A stretch of DNA of 63,536 nucleotides, filler included, from Asterionella formosa (GCA_002256025.1; 21 parts of 21 records of this genome joined end to end with filler, not necessarily neighbours in it), one strand, 5' to 3'; positions 1 through 12,776 are shown, counted from the first letter of the whole stretch. Translations and numbers: made by a program. Notes: generated from the sequence alone by a model not told the origin.

Positions 1-1139
1 GAACATGGAGAGTGTGCACGCACAACAAGGGATTGTGGTCGATTTCAAAAAAGCAAGGGCTGGCTTTCTCAGATTCGCTCTCACTCAACATGCTCAAAAT
101 GCTCAAAATACTTTCGTAGCCAGCCAGCAGTGCGCGCATGAAAGCAATAGCTGGCTGTCTGTATCGATATTGTGAATTTTAGTCACTCTCAATCTCATCA
201 GAGCGAGTTGAGGAAAACATACAGTATGTTCCCATGTTCCCATGCTTCTTGTCAAAGCAACTTGAGCCAAAAAAACTGAGTCCACTTGCCATCTTTGCTT
301 GGTGGCCTGGACTGGTTACATTTGTATCATCAACTCTGTTTACCTTATTCCCAGTCCAATGTGACGTTATTTTCTGCCAAGTTTGAGCTGCTTTACCACG
401 AGAGAGCTGATGACAAGACAAAAACAATGACAATGTGCGTACCAAGCGAATGAACTGCAGATTGCAGTGCACAAGTGGCCAACATCTACCCATTGTTTGC
501 TCGTCTCAGTCTGGAATGAAAAGAACAAGGTAGGTGGTACCTAGTTTACCATACCACGCCCGTGCTACCTATACAATATATTATTCATACCGGTAGTACT
601 ATATGCATATCATACTCTCATGTGCACTTTGGTATCAATTTGGCTGCATACGCTGGCTTCCTTCGACCTGTTAGTATCTGACTCGATATGGACAGTCAGA
701 ATACAACATTCTGCAACATTCTGGGTAAGATATGTGGAGACTCCGGCCTCAGCGAAAAATGAAAGGAATACTAGCTATACTTAGCTATACCCGCCTTCTG
801 GCCAAGAAGTTCGCCAATGACCATGCATATTATCATGACGGACGATAAGATTTGCCAAGCAGGTTGCTTAGATTCAGCAAATTTCTCATCAGCAACTCCA
901 CCTCGAGAAGCTGCGGCACCCCCACACCACCCACAGGACCAGCAGATCAATTTAAGTCAAAGTCAACAAAACATTTTTCATTTTCCATTGGAGGGCGGAA
1001 TTTCTCGTACTCGCTCTTCTTGAGGCTAAATTACTTACCGGTACTACGACTGGTACTCATTTACTGGGACCTTGTCCCGTACTACATAAGAACAAAGCAA
1101 GCAAACTTTCGGTGTACCAGTACATTATTGACGAATGCT

Positions 1140-1375
1140 ACCAAAGTAGTATTTTTCTGTAGGGCTCCGGTAGTATTCTACTCTGGACAGGTCAATACTG
1201 TCCGGTATTCCTCCCTTGCTTGACCGTGGTGAAAATATGGTATAGAGAAAGGCAAAAATTCTACCCAGTAGTACTGGGGGAAGAATTTTTTCACATTTTG
1301 GTAGAATATTCTACCAACGGACCGATGGAACCCTGCAGTATGCCATGGTATTGTCCAAGAAATTCTACCAGGGGT
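1140..1375. repeat. Dispersed repeat with AAATTCTACC/GGTAGAAT motifs (probable DNA-transposon subterminal region)
   Basis: Several AAATTCTACC/GGTAGAAT copies in both orientations. Similar sequence (GTAGTATTTTCT(T)GTAGG...GGACAG...AAATTCTACC) occurs at about 34630-34760 and 35325-35365 on another contig. Confidence 0.45.
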
Positions 1376-1510
1376 ATCTGGTACCTCGTACTGGAGTACC
1401 GGTAGTTGCACCAGTACCAGGTACCAGGGTTCCTAGAGTACTGCTACTGGTACCTGGTGAGTACTTTTGGGCACGACTCGTACCTGTACCTGTACCTGTG
1501 TACCTGGTGC
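1376..1510. repeat. TACCGGTA/TACCAGGTA/TACCTGGTA/TACCTGTA-rich cluster
   Basis: Dense concatenation of TA-CC(W)GG-TA-type units. The same motif recurs throughout the window. Confidence 0.7.
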
Positions 1511-2940
1511 ACTGGCTGTGTTGTGTTATGTTGAGGGATTATACTACTGGTAAAACATCATAAATTAAAATAAACTTAAACATCAGTACAATTAAACATC
1601 AGCATGGCAACAAGCAATGTTGACCAGGAGAGTAAATGAACTAACACATTCCCATGCTTACAAAAATGTACTTATTTCCATGATGTTGTACAGAGGTTAT
1701 GGCAAATAGCCAATGATAGTACTACAAGTTGTGAGTTTAGTGTAGAGGAGCATGGGGAAAACAAGGATGATAACCAAACACTTGGCCAGTATTATTCCAT
1801 TAACTATCACTGCAAAAAAGGCATTGTAGTACTTTATGCCACATTGTCTTTTCACTTGGAATGTAATTACCCACAGTGGAAATCCAACAAGGTATGGTTG
1901 TGCCTGTCAATGACCTTGTCATTAAAAAGGCCATAAAACAGAACAAGTCTGCAGACAAGACAAGGGAAACATTACAAGTAAGGCAGCCTCTAGAGTCTCA
2001 CATTTAGCAAGAGTTCAATCATGATGGTCATCCTTTTCTCATTCAAGTATAAAATATCCAATTCATCAATGGTATAAGCTTCCTGTATGTGTGTGTGTGT
2101 TGTGTCTGTCAGTTCCAAGTGGTCAGCCAAATTGACAATTGCTTCCAACTAACAAGAAACCAACTGCAAATATTCGGTTCCTTGTCGCTCTGATGGCCAA
2201 GCTGCATCTGTATTGAACGCAAATTCTAAGGACAAGAGGGATGCGCCAAGCCAGGTTCTCATTGACGGCATCCCTGTCAAAAGGCAGTTGTTTTCTTGTT
2301 TCCTTGGCCATTATCCTGAGACGGAGTGTATGGACCAATGCACTAACCCAAAAAACAGTGGGTTTTCTGCTAAGAACTGACAATCCAGCAAATGCTAAAG
2401 AAAGACTTAGAAAATTCTGCAAGATGATGTGTATGCAGGAAAATGATGAGTTTTGACAATTGAACAATGGTAAATTGTCAAAACAGGATCTCTAAGTAAT
2501 CATTAACACATACAAGTTGAAATGAATGCTCCTGAGATGATATTGTTGGAATGAGGGTCGCATATATCGTGGTGGTCAGCGTTGGGCAGTGTTCCTGACA
2601 AAGTTGCTTTTGCTGCAACAAATGCCAACAGCAACCCAAAATGGAAATATCAGCCATATGCTATCAAGGCGATCAATCCTAAACAATTTCAGAGGTAACA
2701 AACAGAGTTGAACGATTAAAACGAGTGAGCTAAAAAGTTTTTTAATCTATTTTCGATCGCTTGGTTGAGCTGGGCTTGAAAAAATGATGATGTGAGCCCT
2801 GTATGTCATTGTAAACCTTTCTAGTCACCTAGCCAGAGTACCCATGATGTGCAAGACATCGGGGATTATAGTCCACTCTTAGTTTATTTATTTCAAGTTC
2901 AATGCTGACTTTGAGACTGACTAAGTATAGATTACTCATG

Positions 2941-3040
2941 NNNNNNNNNNNNNNNNNNNNNNNNNNNNNNNNNNNNNNNNNNNNTTAATTAATTAANNNN
3001 NNNNNNNNNNNNNNNNNNNNNNNNNNNNNNNNNNNNNNNN
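2941..3040. other. Artificial contig linker (first of 20)
   Basis: N44-TTAATTAATTAA-N44 (stops in all six frames). Identical linkers start at 2941, 5981, 9016, 12054, 15098, 18135, 21170, 24205, 27240, 30270, 33300, 36331, 39359, 42390, 45418, 48443, 51457, 54480, 57503 and 60525. The contigs are about 2.91-2.94 kb, roughly size-sorted. Confidence 0.99.
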
Positions 3041-3110
3041 GGGCAATCTGTCTGGGGCACATCGAATGTTTCGGCATTATTGAAAATTGCAGATTTTAGG
3101 ATGACAACCT
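3041..3110 (+). mobile_element. Fragment of the MITE family seen at 27495-27807
   Basis: GGGCAAT..TGGGGCACATCGAAT.TTTCGGCA...AAAATTGCAGATTTTAG.ATGACA matches about 27737-27795. Confidence 0.55.
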
Positions 3111-4540
3111 GAACAATGGTAAAAGTCGGTTTTTTAGAATTGGTTCAAAACACCATAATCAGGGAGAGTGGAAAATATTGGTCAATGATATTTTCAAATT
3201 GCTTCAACATCGCGAAAAATTTACTCTCTGTTTTCTTTCTATCAGTGCATCAGAAGTTTTCTTTTCAGAAAATGGATTGTTGAAGATTATGGAGGAGGAG
3301 GTGGGGAAATTGTGTATGCAACTGGATGCTGAGGATATGGTGGATGGGTGGGTGCTATTGTTGGATTCGGGTGGTGGTAGTAGTAGACCGGTTAACTGAC
3401 GGGAGGCTGTTATAATGATGGTATCCTTGAGGAGGAGGAGCATGGGAGAATTATATTTGCTGTGGTCGTGGCAATGGCTGATGATGAATTTTATGATTGC
3501 TGCTGCTGATAAGAACATCCACCAGTGTTGGGGCTGATGGTAAAGTATGTGTTGAGGACAAGTTTACGGCAGATGGTAATAGTAGTGGACTGGAGCTGGG
3601 GAAGCCTGAGGAGATGAAGAGGGCAAAACAGCATTACAATCAACAATATGATGATCAGAAGGAATCAGAATAGCAATTGGTTTGACATCATCGCCAGAAG
3701 GAAGATGTACTGCAATGTCGAAATATTTTTCCGGGAGTAAGTGGCCTTACTTGGCAGCATCTTCAGACTTTTTAAAACTGCTGCAAGTCTTGCTTAATGT
3801 TGCATCTGTTCTAATGGCAGCTGATAGAATCTCGCATTTATTTCAATTCATACATGCCTGGTGGATCTGTCAAGGATTATTTTGGTACTAGGTAGTGAAA
3901 ACTTGAATTGACGAGGCAAGAAGTCATACTCTTCCTCCTCCCATGGGCAGTACAGTGAGCAGCATTATCCATGACTGCTGCTGTTGCTAGTAGGTCAACA
4001 AATAGCTATCCTTACTATAGCATAGTTGCCTTTCCCAAAGTAGTCTTGTCCCTTCTTGTGTCCTTACTCATATGCATGTTAGTCCTAGCTAGCTTGGGTC
4101 AGCTAGTATTAGTGGCAAGTATACCGGAAGCAATATAAAAAAGCATACAATGAGTTAGAACATGTACATGTGCAAAAAGAATTACCGATATCAGTGCACA
4201 TGTAAAGTAAATACCCTGAGTACCTTCTCAGGAGCACATCGCCAAAAGAATGGTTGGTTGCTAGTTCTTAGTACCCCCATCCGAGGAAACAAAAAAGATA
4301 TCCCTGATACATGAGTGTCACTACCGGTAGTATCATCAGAAGTTGCAGTGGATATAATTGTCCCATGGAAAATAGCAGTGGCTGCACAAGTGATAAAAAA
4401 ATTTGTAATTTTAAATGCATTGGTACAGTCACTTTTCAATGAACTACACTACCAGTATGCATATTATATATTTGTCACATCAAACCTTTTCGTAGTGTGG
4501 GAGAGTGAGCGATCCTGCACAATGATCGTATGGGTACCAG

Positions 4541-4828
4541 AGAGTTGAGGTAATTTTGCTTCTTCGTGTACTCATTCCCAAAACTAACAAATATTTCCCA
4601 ACTCGCCAACCATTGAAAAATCAAAGTATGAAACTTCTAACGGCTTGCGCCTGCAGGGCGTATAAAGACGACTGGATAAAATTTGATAAATTCAGATAAT
4701 TATAGACGAAAAAGGCTCTGACAAATTGTAATTTTGGGTTAAAGTATTTAGAAACTATGTTAGTTTAAGCAAATGTCAAGCAAAATTTCGCTTAAACAAA
4801 ACAAAACATACCCTGTAATCCTTAATTC
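4541..4828 (+). mobile_element. Diverged left end of the GCAAGTTGCGGTAATTTTGCTT-TIR non-autonomous DNA transposon
   Basis: Colinear similarity to 31150-31455, starting at AGTTGAGGTAATTTTGCTT and including GGGTTAAAGTA and TTTAAGCAAA motifs. Confidence 0.65.
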
Positions 4829-5268
4829 TTTTGTACATGCTGCCAATGTCATTACGGAAGTAAATTGAGTTACCGGCCCCCAGCCATACCGGGGTTTTCC
4901 TGTGGGCACATGCATGCATGGCTTGCGAGGTAGTATCAACCCGGTTTCATATGTAGCGTTACATAGGAATGGGCTGCTGCATATTAATACGACTACAGGG
5001 CATGACCGACAGTTTTGACGAAATCATACACCGGAGCAAATGCTTCACATTTGCCGGCATCTACAAGGAGTATATACAAATTGCCTATTCGCAATCAATC
5101 AATTCTCAGTAGATAATAGCCTTATTTCACATCTTTTGCTTCAATTATTCATTTTAATACTGTAGTTGTAGTCTCATCTGTTGTGTAGCTACTCTAAAAG
5201 AGTTGTATCTGCTCATAGCATCGTCGTTTAAAGATTGCGCATCTCTAAATTAGATGAAAATGTGCCAG

Positions 5269-5598
5269 CGGCGACTTCAATTTTCGTTGTCAATATTAGT
5301 GCTATTAGTGATTAATTCTTTTACGATTGTTCTATCCATGTCGTATTTGATATATATATATCAAAATTGAAAGCATTGTTCTGATTTTTCGTTGAGATAT
5401 TCGCTATTTTCATCATGGTCAACGCTGCGACAACATGTCACAACCTTGACCATGACGAAAATACGAATTATCTCCACGAAGAAAATAGAGAACGACGCTT
5501 TGAAACTTGCTACCTGTACTAAGAACGACATGGAAAATACAATCGTAAAAGAAGTGAAGTAACAACACTAATAATGACAACGAAAATTGAGATCGCCG
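5269..5598. repeat. About 330-bp imperfect foldback palindrome
   Basis: CGGCGA..TCAATTTTCGTTGTCA pairs with TGACAACGAAAATTGA..TCGCCG; TTCTTTTACGATTGT with ACAATCGTAAAAGAA; TCATGGTCAA with TTGACCATGA. The loop is only about 3 nt at 5433-5435. Confidence 0.85.
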
Positions 5599-6080
5599 AT
5601 AACAACACGAAATCGCGTTTTTCTTGCAAGGTGAAGAATTCTCTCATTTTTCACACCACAGAAATAATTGTCGTATCAATACATCTTAGAAAAATGTGCG
5701 CGATCCTGTAGAAACTAATGAAATTTACTTAGGTTCAGTATTAGGAAAATCTCTTCATTGTCCTGCCCCCCCCCCCTAAGTAAAACCAGTCAAATTCAGT
5801 CACGACAGTGTACATTGGGGGGTCCAGGACAAAGAAGTATACGGTATCCCTTGTACCAGGTACCAGGTTTTTTCGCCGACCTCTGCTAAGAGCAACATGG
5901 TAATAATAAGGTTATTTATTGAGTTGTGTAATCTACAAGGGTTTACGTGACCGTATAACTGTCCTGGAATTTCCTAGAAGNNNNNNNNNNNNNNNNNNNN
6001 NNNNNNNNNNNNNNNNNNNNNNNNTTAATTAATTAANNNNNNNNNNNNNNNNNNNNNNNNNNNNNNNNNNNNNNNNNNNN

Positions 6081-6448
6081 GGAAAAAAGGTAGTTTGAAT
6101 CGTGCTGATTATTTCACTAAACATCATCCCGCTTCCCATCATATGTTGATGCGCCCGCACTATCTCCATTGCCCTCCATCCCTCCCTAGTCCTCCTAACT
6201 ATTATGCGTGCTTGGCTTCCGATGCTGATATCATCTCCACCCCCGCTCCTGTTCTTCTGCCTGAATCTGCTGGTGAGGGTGTGTTAATATCTGCATATGA
6301 TGCTCCATACATGCGCCGTACAAACCATACCGGCGCAGCCACCAGATTAGGTACATGCGTGAGTGCTAACAACGATGTACTTGGAACAGCAATAGAATAG
6401 TCATAATATTGTAGTTCACCTTTATTCACGATAAGGTTCCCCTCAACA
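6081..6448 (+). mobile_element. 3' end of Ty1/copia retrotransposon: RNase H tail, PPT and 3' LTR (6282-6448)
   Basis: NRADYFTKHHPASHH...RPHYL RNase H tail; purine tract GGTGAGGGTG; LTR TGTTAA...TCAACA. Nearly identical to 45640-45892 (minus). The LTR end is confirmed by the fragment at 36495-36544, whose homology stops at CCTCAACA. Confidence 0.9.
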
Positions 6449-6857
6449 GAATGGATTGACCATTGGAGATCATTTCCATTTTTCACAGTTTATATCATAA
6501 TTTTAGTTTACGTTTTACATTTTAACCTTTTTTATCCGGTACTGCCACTGAGAATATCGTCACTGTTTAAGACGGTTTCTGGTTAAGAAGGTTAGCCAGC
6601 CCCCATTTTCCCTCCACTACATAATATGTCATAATAGGAGAAAGTTATAGTGATCACGTTTTTACTATTTACATAGCAAAATACTATGGCCCATATTTCG
6701 ATTCATGACGTAAGTTTGCAATATATTAGCTTTTTGGATGAAAATGTAACTTCGTCAAGGCATAGAATTTCTGGCACCGGAAGCGATTTCAGGGATGAAG
6801 TCTCTGGCTCATTATCGAAGAAAGTATACAATTGAGGAAATGGTAAGTTGTCCAAAA

Positions 6858-8390
6858 TCATGATGTCATAACTTCGGCAAGACCATCATCATCGTTGTAA
6901 CTGTTGATTGTTATTTGCACTAATGTCCTGTCGTTGCTCTTGTAAGCACAGCGGATGATGCAATGTGGCTGGAGGAGGAACGGCAGGGGAGACGCCGACT
7001 TGATGGGGAGGGGGGCATCGAACTGAATGCAGGAAGAAATAATCAGCAATCAGCCGCATGTGACAGGGTCGATTTCAAGGAATAATGAGGCAGCAAGCAA
7101 TCTCCGGTGTTAGGGATCCAAAAAGTTGAGATCCCAAAGGGGCAAAGCTGTGATGTCTGTCCTACCGTCGTTGCAATCAGTGTTATCCCGATCACAAAAA
7201 TTATATTCAGAAGCAGTTCCATTATCATGCAACCATGATTCGCCTGAAAGGAGATCACCAGTCGCATAATTAAACACCGCCAGCACATAGAATTGCAAAA
7301 CAACATAGTCTGTGGCACTATTATAAAGTGTCGACTTGCTTCTCCAACCTTGTAAGTGCCTTTTTTGTGAGGAGGCAGTAGTTGAAAGTGCTGTTCCGTT
7401 ATCAAACGAATGTTCAGCCAAGAATCCAAACAAACTTTGAGATGGGCTTACTGATGGAGTTTCTGATGGAGCCAATGTTTTGAGTGATGGTTTTTTTAGC
7501 TGAATTGGGATGGAAACGAAGATGTCAATTACCAAAAATATTAACAAAGCAGTCTTCACTTGACGTTGACATTGGGCTGTTTCTTCTGCTTCAACGTCAA
7601 CAAGAGAGGCACTGCTGGCAAGTTCGGAATCAACCACAAGTTCAGCATTGAATAGTGTTGCAGGTTCCAGCTGGCCTTGTTCACTTCTGAATCTCATGGG
7701 TGGCAAAATCATTGTCACCATTCAAAAAGGAATCATGCTGTGGAGTGATTCTTGATCCCCGTACTGGAAATGCGCCAGGATGTGCCTGTTGTGGTGATGA
7801 TGCCACATGAAGCTGTTGATGAGAGTGCAGTGACAAAGATATCAGAAGAGAGGTTGTCATCTTGAGGCACCTCCCCTTTCACTTTCGTTTCCTTCCTCTG
7901 CAAACAGGATTTCATTGCTGTATTCAACAGAACTTCTTGGCAACTTTAGGGCCTGCTGCCAGGTCATGGAATATAGTAGCGTTGTCCTACTCATCCTCCT
8001 TTGCTTCATCTGCAAAAGGATGAGCATGATCTAGGCCAGCAGTAGCAGGAGTAGCAGCAATTGCATTTTACCCACACTCTTTTGCTTGTCATGGAGAGTA
8101 ATGTTGTTGGAATCAGACATGATGGAATCTGGATCATCCTTTCTGAGGATCTGGGTGCCAACTTCTTTTCCATTTGCCTTGGTACACGACTTCTCTCAGC
8201 AATAAGGCGCTTCTCTGCGAGGAACGACGATTCTTCTCCATCACAATGAGTTCCTTCTTGGAGAATCGACAAAGCTGGGGGCTTCTTCTCATCGGAACCT
8301 CCATTATCAAGGGTGTCACTGGGTTCCTTCTTCTTGCCTCAACCATCATCATTATTCTTGTTATTGTTGCTTGACAACATGGTCTGCCAT
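6858..8390 (-). pseudogene. Degenerate diatom-type membrane-anchored LRR/receptor-like gene
   Basis: Broken frames contain a hydrophobic TM-like segment (TALLIFLVIDIFVSIPI), a PSETPSVSPS stalk and an LQFYVLAVFNYAT..W..C LRR N-cap typical of expanded diatom LRR proteins. Multiple stops and frameshifts. Confidence 0.55.
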
Positions 8391-8870
8391 GTTATGAACA
8401 GTCTCGAAGACGAAGAGAGGACAGAATCAATGTGGTCGATGAGATAAATATAATGACACAGAAATTTAAGAATCGTACTGATGGTTCTATCATTATTCCT
8501 GGTACGCGTGTGAAAAGAACTTTCTTCAATATGGATTCACAAATTAATCACTCTCAGTGTGATCATCAACCCAGCGTATGCAGGAGTGTTCAACGTGTCT
8601 ACAATTGCCAGACATTTAAAAAGCACTCGTCCTAAGAGCATGCATAGAAGCAAAGAAGATCTCAAACACCAAAAAATTCCATTGGACAGATGTGCCTGGC
8701 CCACTTGAATATAACTACTACCGGTAATAATACGGTATATGGTTCCATCGGAATTATTTGAAAAAATGAAATTGGCGCTTGGACATCATATGATATATCA
8801 TATACAGGATATTTCCAAATAGAAATTCACTCTTCGCAAGGACTCCTATTCTGATGAGGATCCAATACCC

Positions 8871-8926
8871 GAATGTGCTACTCCATAATAAGTACCAGAA
8901 GCAGAATGTGCTACTCCATAATAAGT
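8871..8926. repeat. 33-bp-period tandem duplication
   Basis: GAATGTGCTACTCCATAATAAGT at 8871 and 8904. Confidence 0.85.
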
Positions 8927-9252
8927 CCAAGGACAATTCAAAGTAGAATAATCAGCATTCAAGTGATATTTAATAGGACAGTTGCACTGATGATGAATAG
9001 TGCCGGTAATGTATANNNNNNNNNNNNNNNNNNNNNNNNNNNNNNNNNNNNNNNNNNNNTTAATTAATTAANNNNNNNNNNNNNNNNNNNNNNNNNNNNN
9101 NNNNNNNNNNNNNNNATGATTTCATCAGAAGATATGATGATAATAAAACAGCTAAAAAGTGATTTCAATGGGTCACGGCAGTATATACTTTTTTCTCGAT
9201 AAACGTATATAAATTTATATACATTTTCGAGGACGGATTAGGTCATGTGTTA

Positions 9253-9392
9253 AAGACTTTTTCATGCGTGTTATTAGAAAGGTGCGATGAAAACCTGGTA
9301 TGTACTCCCTACTACCTGGCATAAGACTTTTTCATGCGTGTTATTAGAAAGGTGCGATGAAAACCTGGTATGTACTCCCTACTACCTGGTAT
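9253..9392. repeat. 70-bp tandem duplication (one mismatch)
   Basis: AAGACTTTTTCATGCGTG...CTACTACCTGG(C/T)AT at 9253-9322 and 9323-9392. Confidence 0.95.
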
Positions 9393-9753
9393 ACCCGTAA
9401 TCATACATAACGCATTTGGCTGCATGATGATGCCGTGCGCCTAAATAATTTGCCATCTCCATAGAAGTCAATACCACGACAAGATATACTATATTGTCGC
9501 AAATGAGGTGAAGGTTCAAATCAATATCGAAATTATTATATTGATTATCTTATATCATATGATGCGGTGACTTCTAAACTTACCCTAATCCGTGTTCTCA
9601 TTTCAGCCAGGCAATCTATCGAGATGAACAACTTGCTCCAAATCTCAATTTAATTACATAGCTGACTAGCCTTTATGCTCGGGAAGGAGCCAGAACTCTC
9701 AAAATAATAAACACGGCAGTATTTTACTGGTAGTAGCTACCATTATGTTAATA

Positions 9754-9867
9754 GGTGTGATGGTAGTTGTCATTAAAGGTTGATACCAAAAAAAATTGCT
9801 ACTTTAAGCAAAGCTAGTTTCAGCAAATTGGTCCTTCTTTAAGCAAAGAAATCAATGGAAGCAAATG
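9754..9867 (+). mobile_element. Internal fragment of the GCAAGTTGCG-TIR family
   Basis: GGTGTGATGG...CTTTAAGCAAA...GGTCCT...TAAGCAAA...ATCAATGGAAGCAAATG matches about 31822-31926. Confidence 0.6.
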
Positions 9868-10179
9868 CCACAATCATTTAGATTTTGATCCCACTATGCT
9901 TTGGTAATAAATGAAGCAAGCTACAGCCAAATATGATACTCCAGCATGCATCAGTCATGGTGTATAAATATGAAGAATCTGGATAAAGCAAAATTACCAC
10001 AGACCAACTTGCTTGGCTGCAAGAAGTAGATATCGGTAATGCTGGTTGCATCAAAATAATAATTATAGTAGCCCACGAGCAAATAGTTCCAACTCTGGAT
10101 ACCTCCCATTGATTCAGAATCTCAACCATATTAACCAAGAAGATGACATCACCTATCATCACAAGTGGAACATCCAACT

Positions 10180-10550
10180 TGCAAAAGAAAACATGAATAT
10201 ATGGACATCGGAACATTGTTGCACTGTCGCTGTTAAGAGATGCATTGATGTTCTCAAAGTACGTACCCTCCTATCGATTTCTTGTTTCTATTTGATCACC
10301 CTTGTGGGCATGACCGTCAGAAAGAAGATGGCTTAATTGTTGAACGAATGACTAATCCCTATGGAGGCTGCAGGTGCCCCAAAACGGTTGAGAAATACAA
10401 TAATAAAGCAAACACATGGTTACCTGGGACCTCACTTACCTAAGCTGGAACCAGGACAAACGCAATCAATGTTGTTCAGAGTAGATGACATCGGACCATT
10501 CTGGATGACTCAAGCTGAACGAGATGAAAAGCGCCATGACTTGCATTTAA
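10180..10550 (+). pseudogene. Frameshifted remnant of a DDE-type (IS630/Tc1/mariner-like) transposase
   Basis: Stitching frames gives WTSEH...CIDVLKV / DFLFLFDHPCGHDRQKEDGLIVERMTNPYGG / KRLRNTIIKQTHGYLGP...GQTQSMLF..DDIGPFWM. This resembles the FD(H/N)S.GH....DGL....M....GG.Q block of a transposase-like family. Recognised by eye only. Confidence 0.5.
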
Positions 10551-10551
10551 G

Positions 10552-10905
10552 CCGTGTATTACGTGAAGTGACCATCACGTAAATAACCCTAGTTGATTTT
10601 GAATGGATCACATGAATTATTTGAATACATCAAAATGCTTACTTGAATGTATCTATATATTATCTGAAAACATCACGTGAATTATTTGATCAGCGTATCA
10701 TGCATGCATTCCTGATCATCACTATATTACGTGATCACTTCACATAATTATTTGAAATACTTCACGTAATTATTTGAAATACTTCAATTAATTCTATAAT
10801 TTAGTTCACATTGCCTTATAATTTTGTTCACGTAATTCTATAATATAGTTCACATAATGTATTAAATTTTTTTACGTTATTCTGTAATTTTGTCCACGTA
10901 ATTTA
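10552..10905. repeat. AT-rich minisatellite (about 21-22 bp units with TTCAC(G/A)TAAT core), probable TE subterminal repeats
   Basis: More than 10 copies of TCACGT(G/A)AT-like cores, e.g. CTTCACATAATTATTTGAAATA CTTCACGTAATTATTTGAAATA. It starts abruptly where the transposase remnant stops. Confidence 0.7.
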
Positions 10906-12339
10906 AAAGTACTATCAAATATGTTGATTACTAATTCAACTACAGGTATTTCACATTACATGGGAAACAAATCTCGATATGCAATCAAACAAAGCAGTTC
11001 TTTCAGAATGGCATCTTCAGTCTTGAGAAGGCAGGCATTATGAGACGTCTGTAAGGACAATTCAAGACAAACAGAAGCCGTTCATTCTGAATGAACAAAT
11101 CATTCATTCTTGAACAGGCATCATGATGCGAAATAGCAACAGGAATGCATCACACTGACTTCCTTCTTGTCCTTGAAATGACTTCTTCATTGACCTGCAA
11201 AGATTTACATAACAGCAGTGTGTCAGTAATTCATTTAATAGAACTAGCAATAGCAGAAAGCAACACACACATGTGCTATTCAACTGTTTCACGAAGAAGC
11301 AGTCAAATTGACAGCAAGACACCGGCATTAGCCACCAGGCAGCACCGCAACTCACTGATGCATTCAAAAGAATGCTCTTGTTGTGAAATGGACGGCTAAA
11401 ATGTAAAATAAATGTATAGAATAATAACAAAAGCGTGTGATTTATCGCTCGCTTTGCTGATGTGATGACAAAAACTGAGGATTAAACGTACCTTAAAAAA
11501 ATCTTCCATTGCGGGTCTCCATATTGAATCATTTCACTTTCTATCACTCTTGCTTTCAAAACAACACCTATTTTCTGAAAAGGCCTGTTCAAAGGTCAAA
11601 TGATTGTTGAGAACAGCAGCATATCATTATGAATTATCACTCACTTGGTGATATGATAGCAATAATAGCACCCATTGCGGACGATCTCAATGTTGCATCA
11701 CCACTCCACTTTTTGTTGGTGCAACAAACCATATGTGAGCTGATAAAAGATTCATTTATAGTAAGGCAGATGAAAATCTGGAAGGGGGATGCTAGTTGTA
11801 AGGGTCGTCCCCATGTTGAAAATATATTGTTCACACTTTTGTTGAATGTTGGTTTTTTAATGAATTCAGAGGGTCAAAAATCCTGGCGCAGCCATGACTT
11901 CCTCTTTTTACCAACAGAGCCTACATTCTACACGGAAAAATCTGGCGCAGTCTTGTTAACAATTTCGCCGGGAAAAATTTCTGAGACTAGAAGTGTGACT
12001 TGAACAAATATGACAAGAGGGAGAGGACACAGCCAATAGTTTCTACTCCTAATNNNNNNNNNNNNNNNNNNNNNNNNNNNNNNNNNNNNNNNNNNNNTTA
12101 ATTAATTAANNNNNNNNNNNNNNNNNNNNNNNNNNNNNNNNNNNNNNNNNNNNCGGTCGCTAAGGGCTTGAATCGCAACAAGTGTCGTTCACTATATTCG
12201 TGTCTAAAACCCTAAAACCCAATGATGATGATTATGTCATTCCAGACTACCGGTACCAGTATTTCGAAGTGTACAAATGTTTGTTACCGACTAACGCAAA
12301 TGCACCTACAATGCAGAATGTAGAGATGAATATAAGATG

Positions 12340-12515
12340 TAGCTATAGAGTCACTATAATGAAATAAGTCCAATTGTTCTATAGCTATAGCGATAGCTAT
12401 AGCTTCTATAAGACAAAGTAATCGTCACACCCGAAAATAAGTTAATGCCTTCTACTATAATACAAAGTAGTCATCAACGAAAAGAAAAGCTTCATAGCTC
12501 TATAGCTCTATAATA
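12340..12515. repeat. Cluster of CTATAG/GCTATAGC palindromic motifs
   Basis: About 10 CTATA(G/A) units, e.g. CTATAGCTATAGCGATAGCTATAGCTTCTATAAG. Confidence 0.6.
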
Positions 12516-12713
12516 CATTGTTGTAATTCGCCGCCTCATTGGTTTGTGAGAACGGTCTACCTGTTGTGAGATCAGACCAGAAGAAGACAATTGAACTCGA
12601 GGGCGTACCCCCGTAGGGGTTACTGGGTCCCAAACCAGTTGTTACTTGAACGATCGAGTGTGTCTTCTAAGGAAACATTTCACAGCGAGCAAACCGAACT
12701 TGATAGAATTTCA

Positions 12714-12750
<37 letters not shown>
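12714..12750. repeat. (GTT)n microsatellite
   Basis: About 12 perfect GTT units just 3' of the 718-aa ORF. Confidence 0.95.
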
Positions 12751-12751
<1 letters not shown>

Positions 12752-12776
12752 TCGCTGTATTTGTTGTTTTTGTTCT

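Noticed and set aside
1560..2760. Possible decayed coding or transposase sequence in contig 1 (also ~3600-4000 and ~11550-11850)
   Set aside because: Stop-riddled in all frames with no motif I can recognise.
9253..9392. Direct repeats (also 8871-8926 and the 10.7-kb array) as a CRISPR array
   Set aside because: Simple tandem duplications without unique spacers, in a eukaryotic context with no cas genes.
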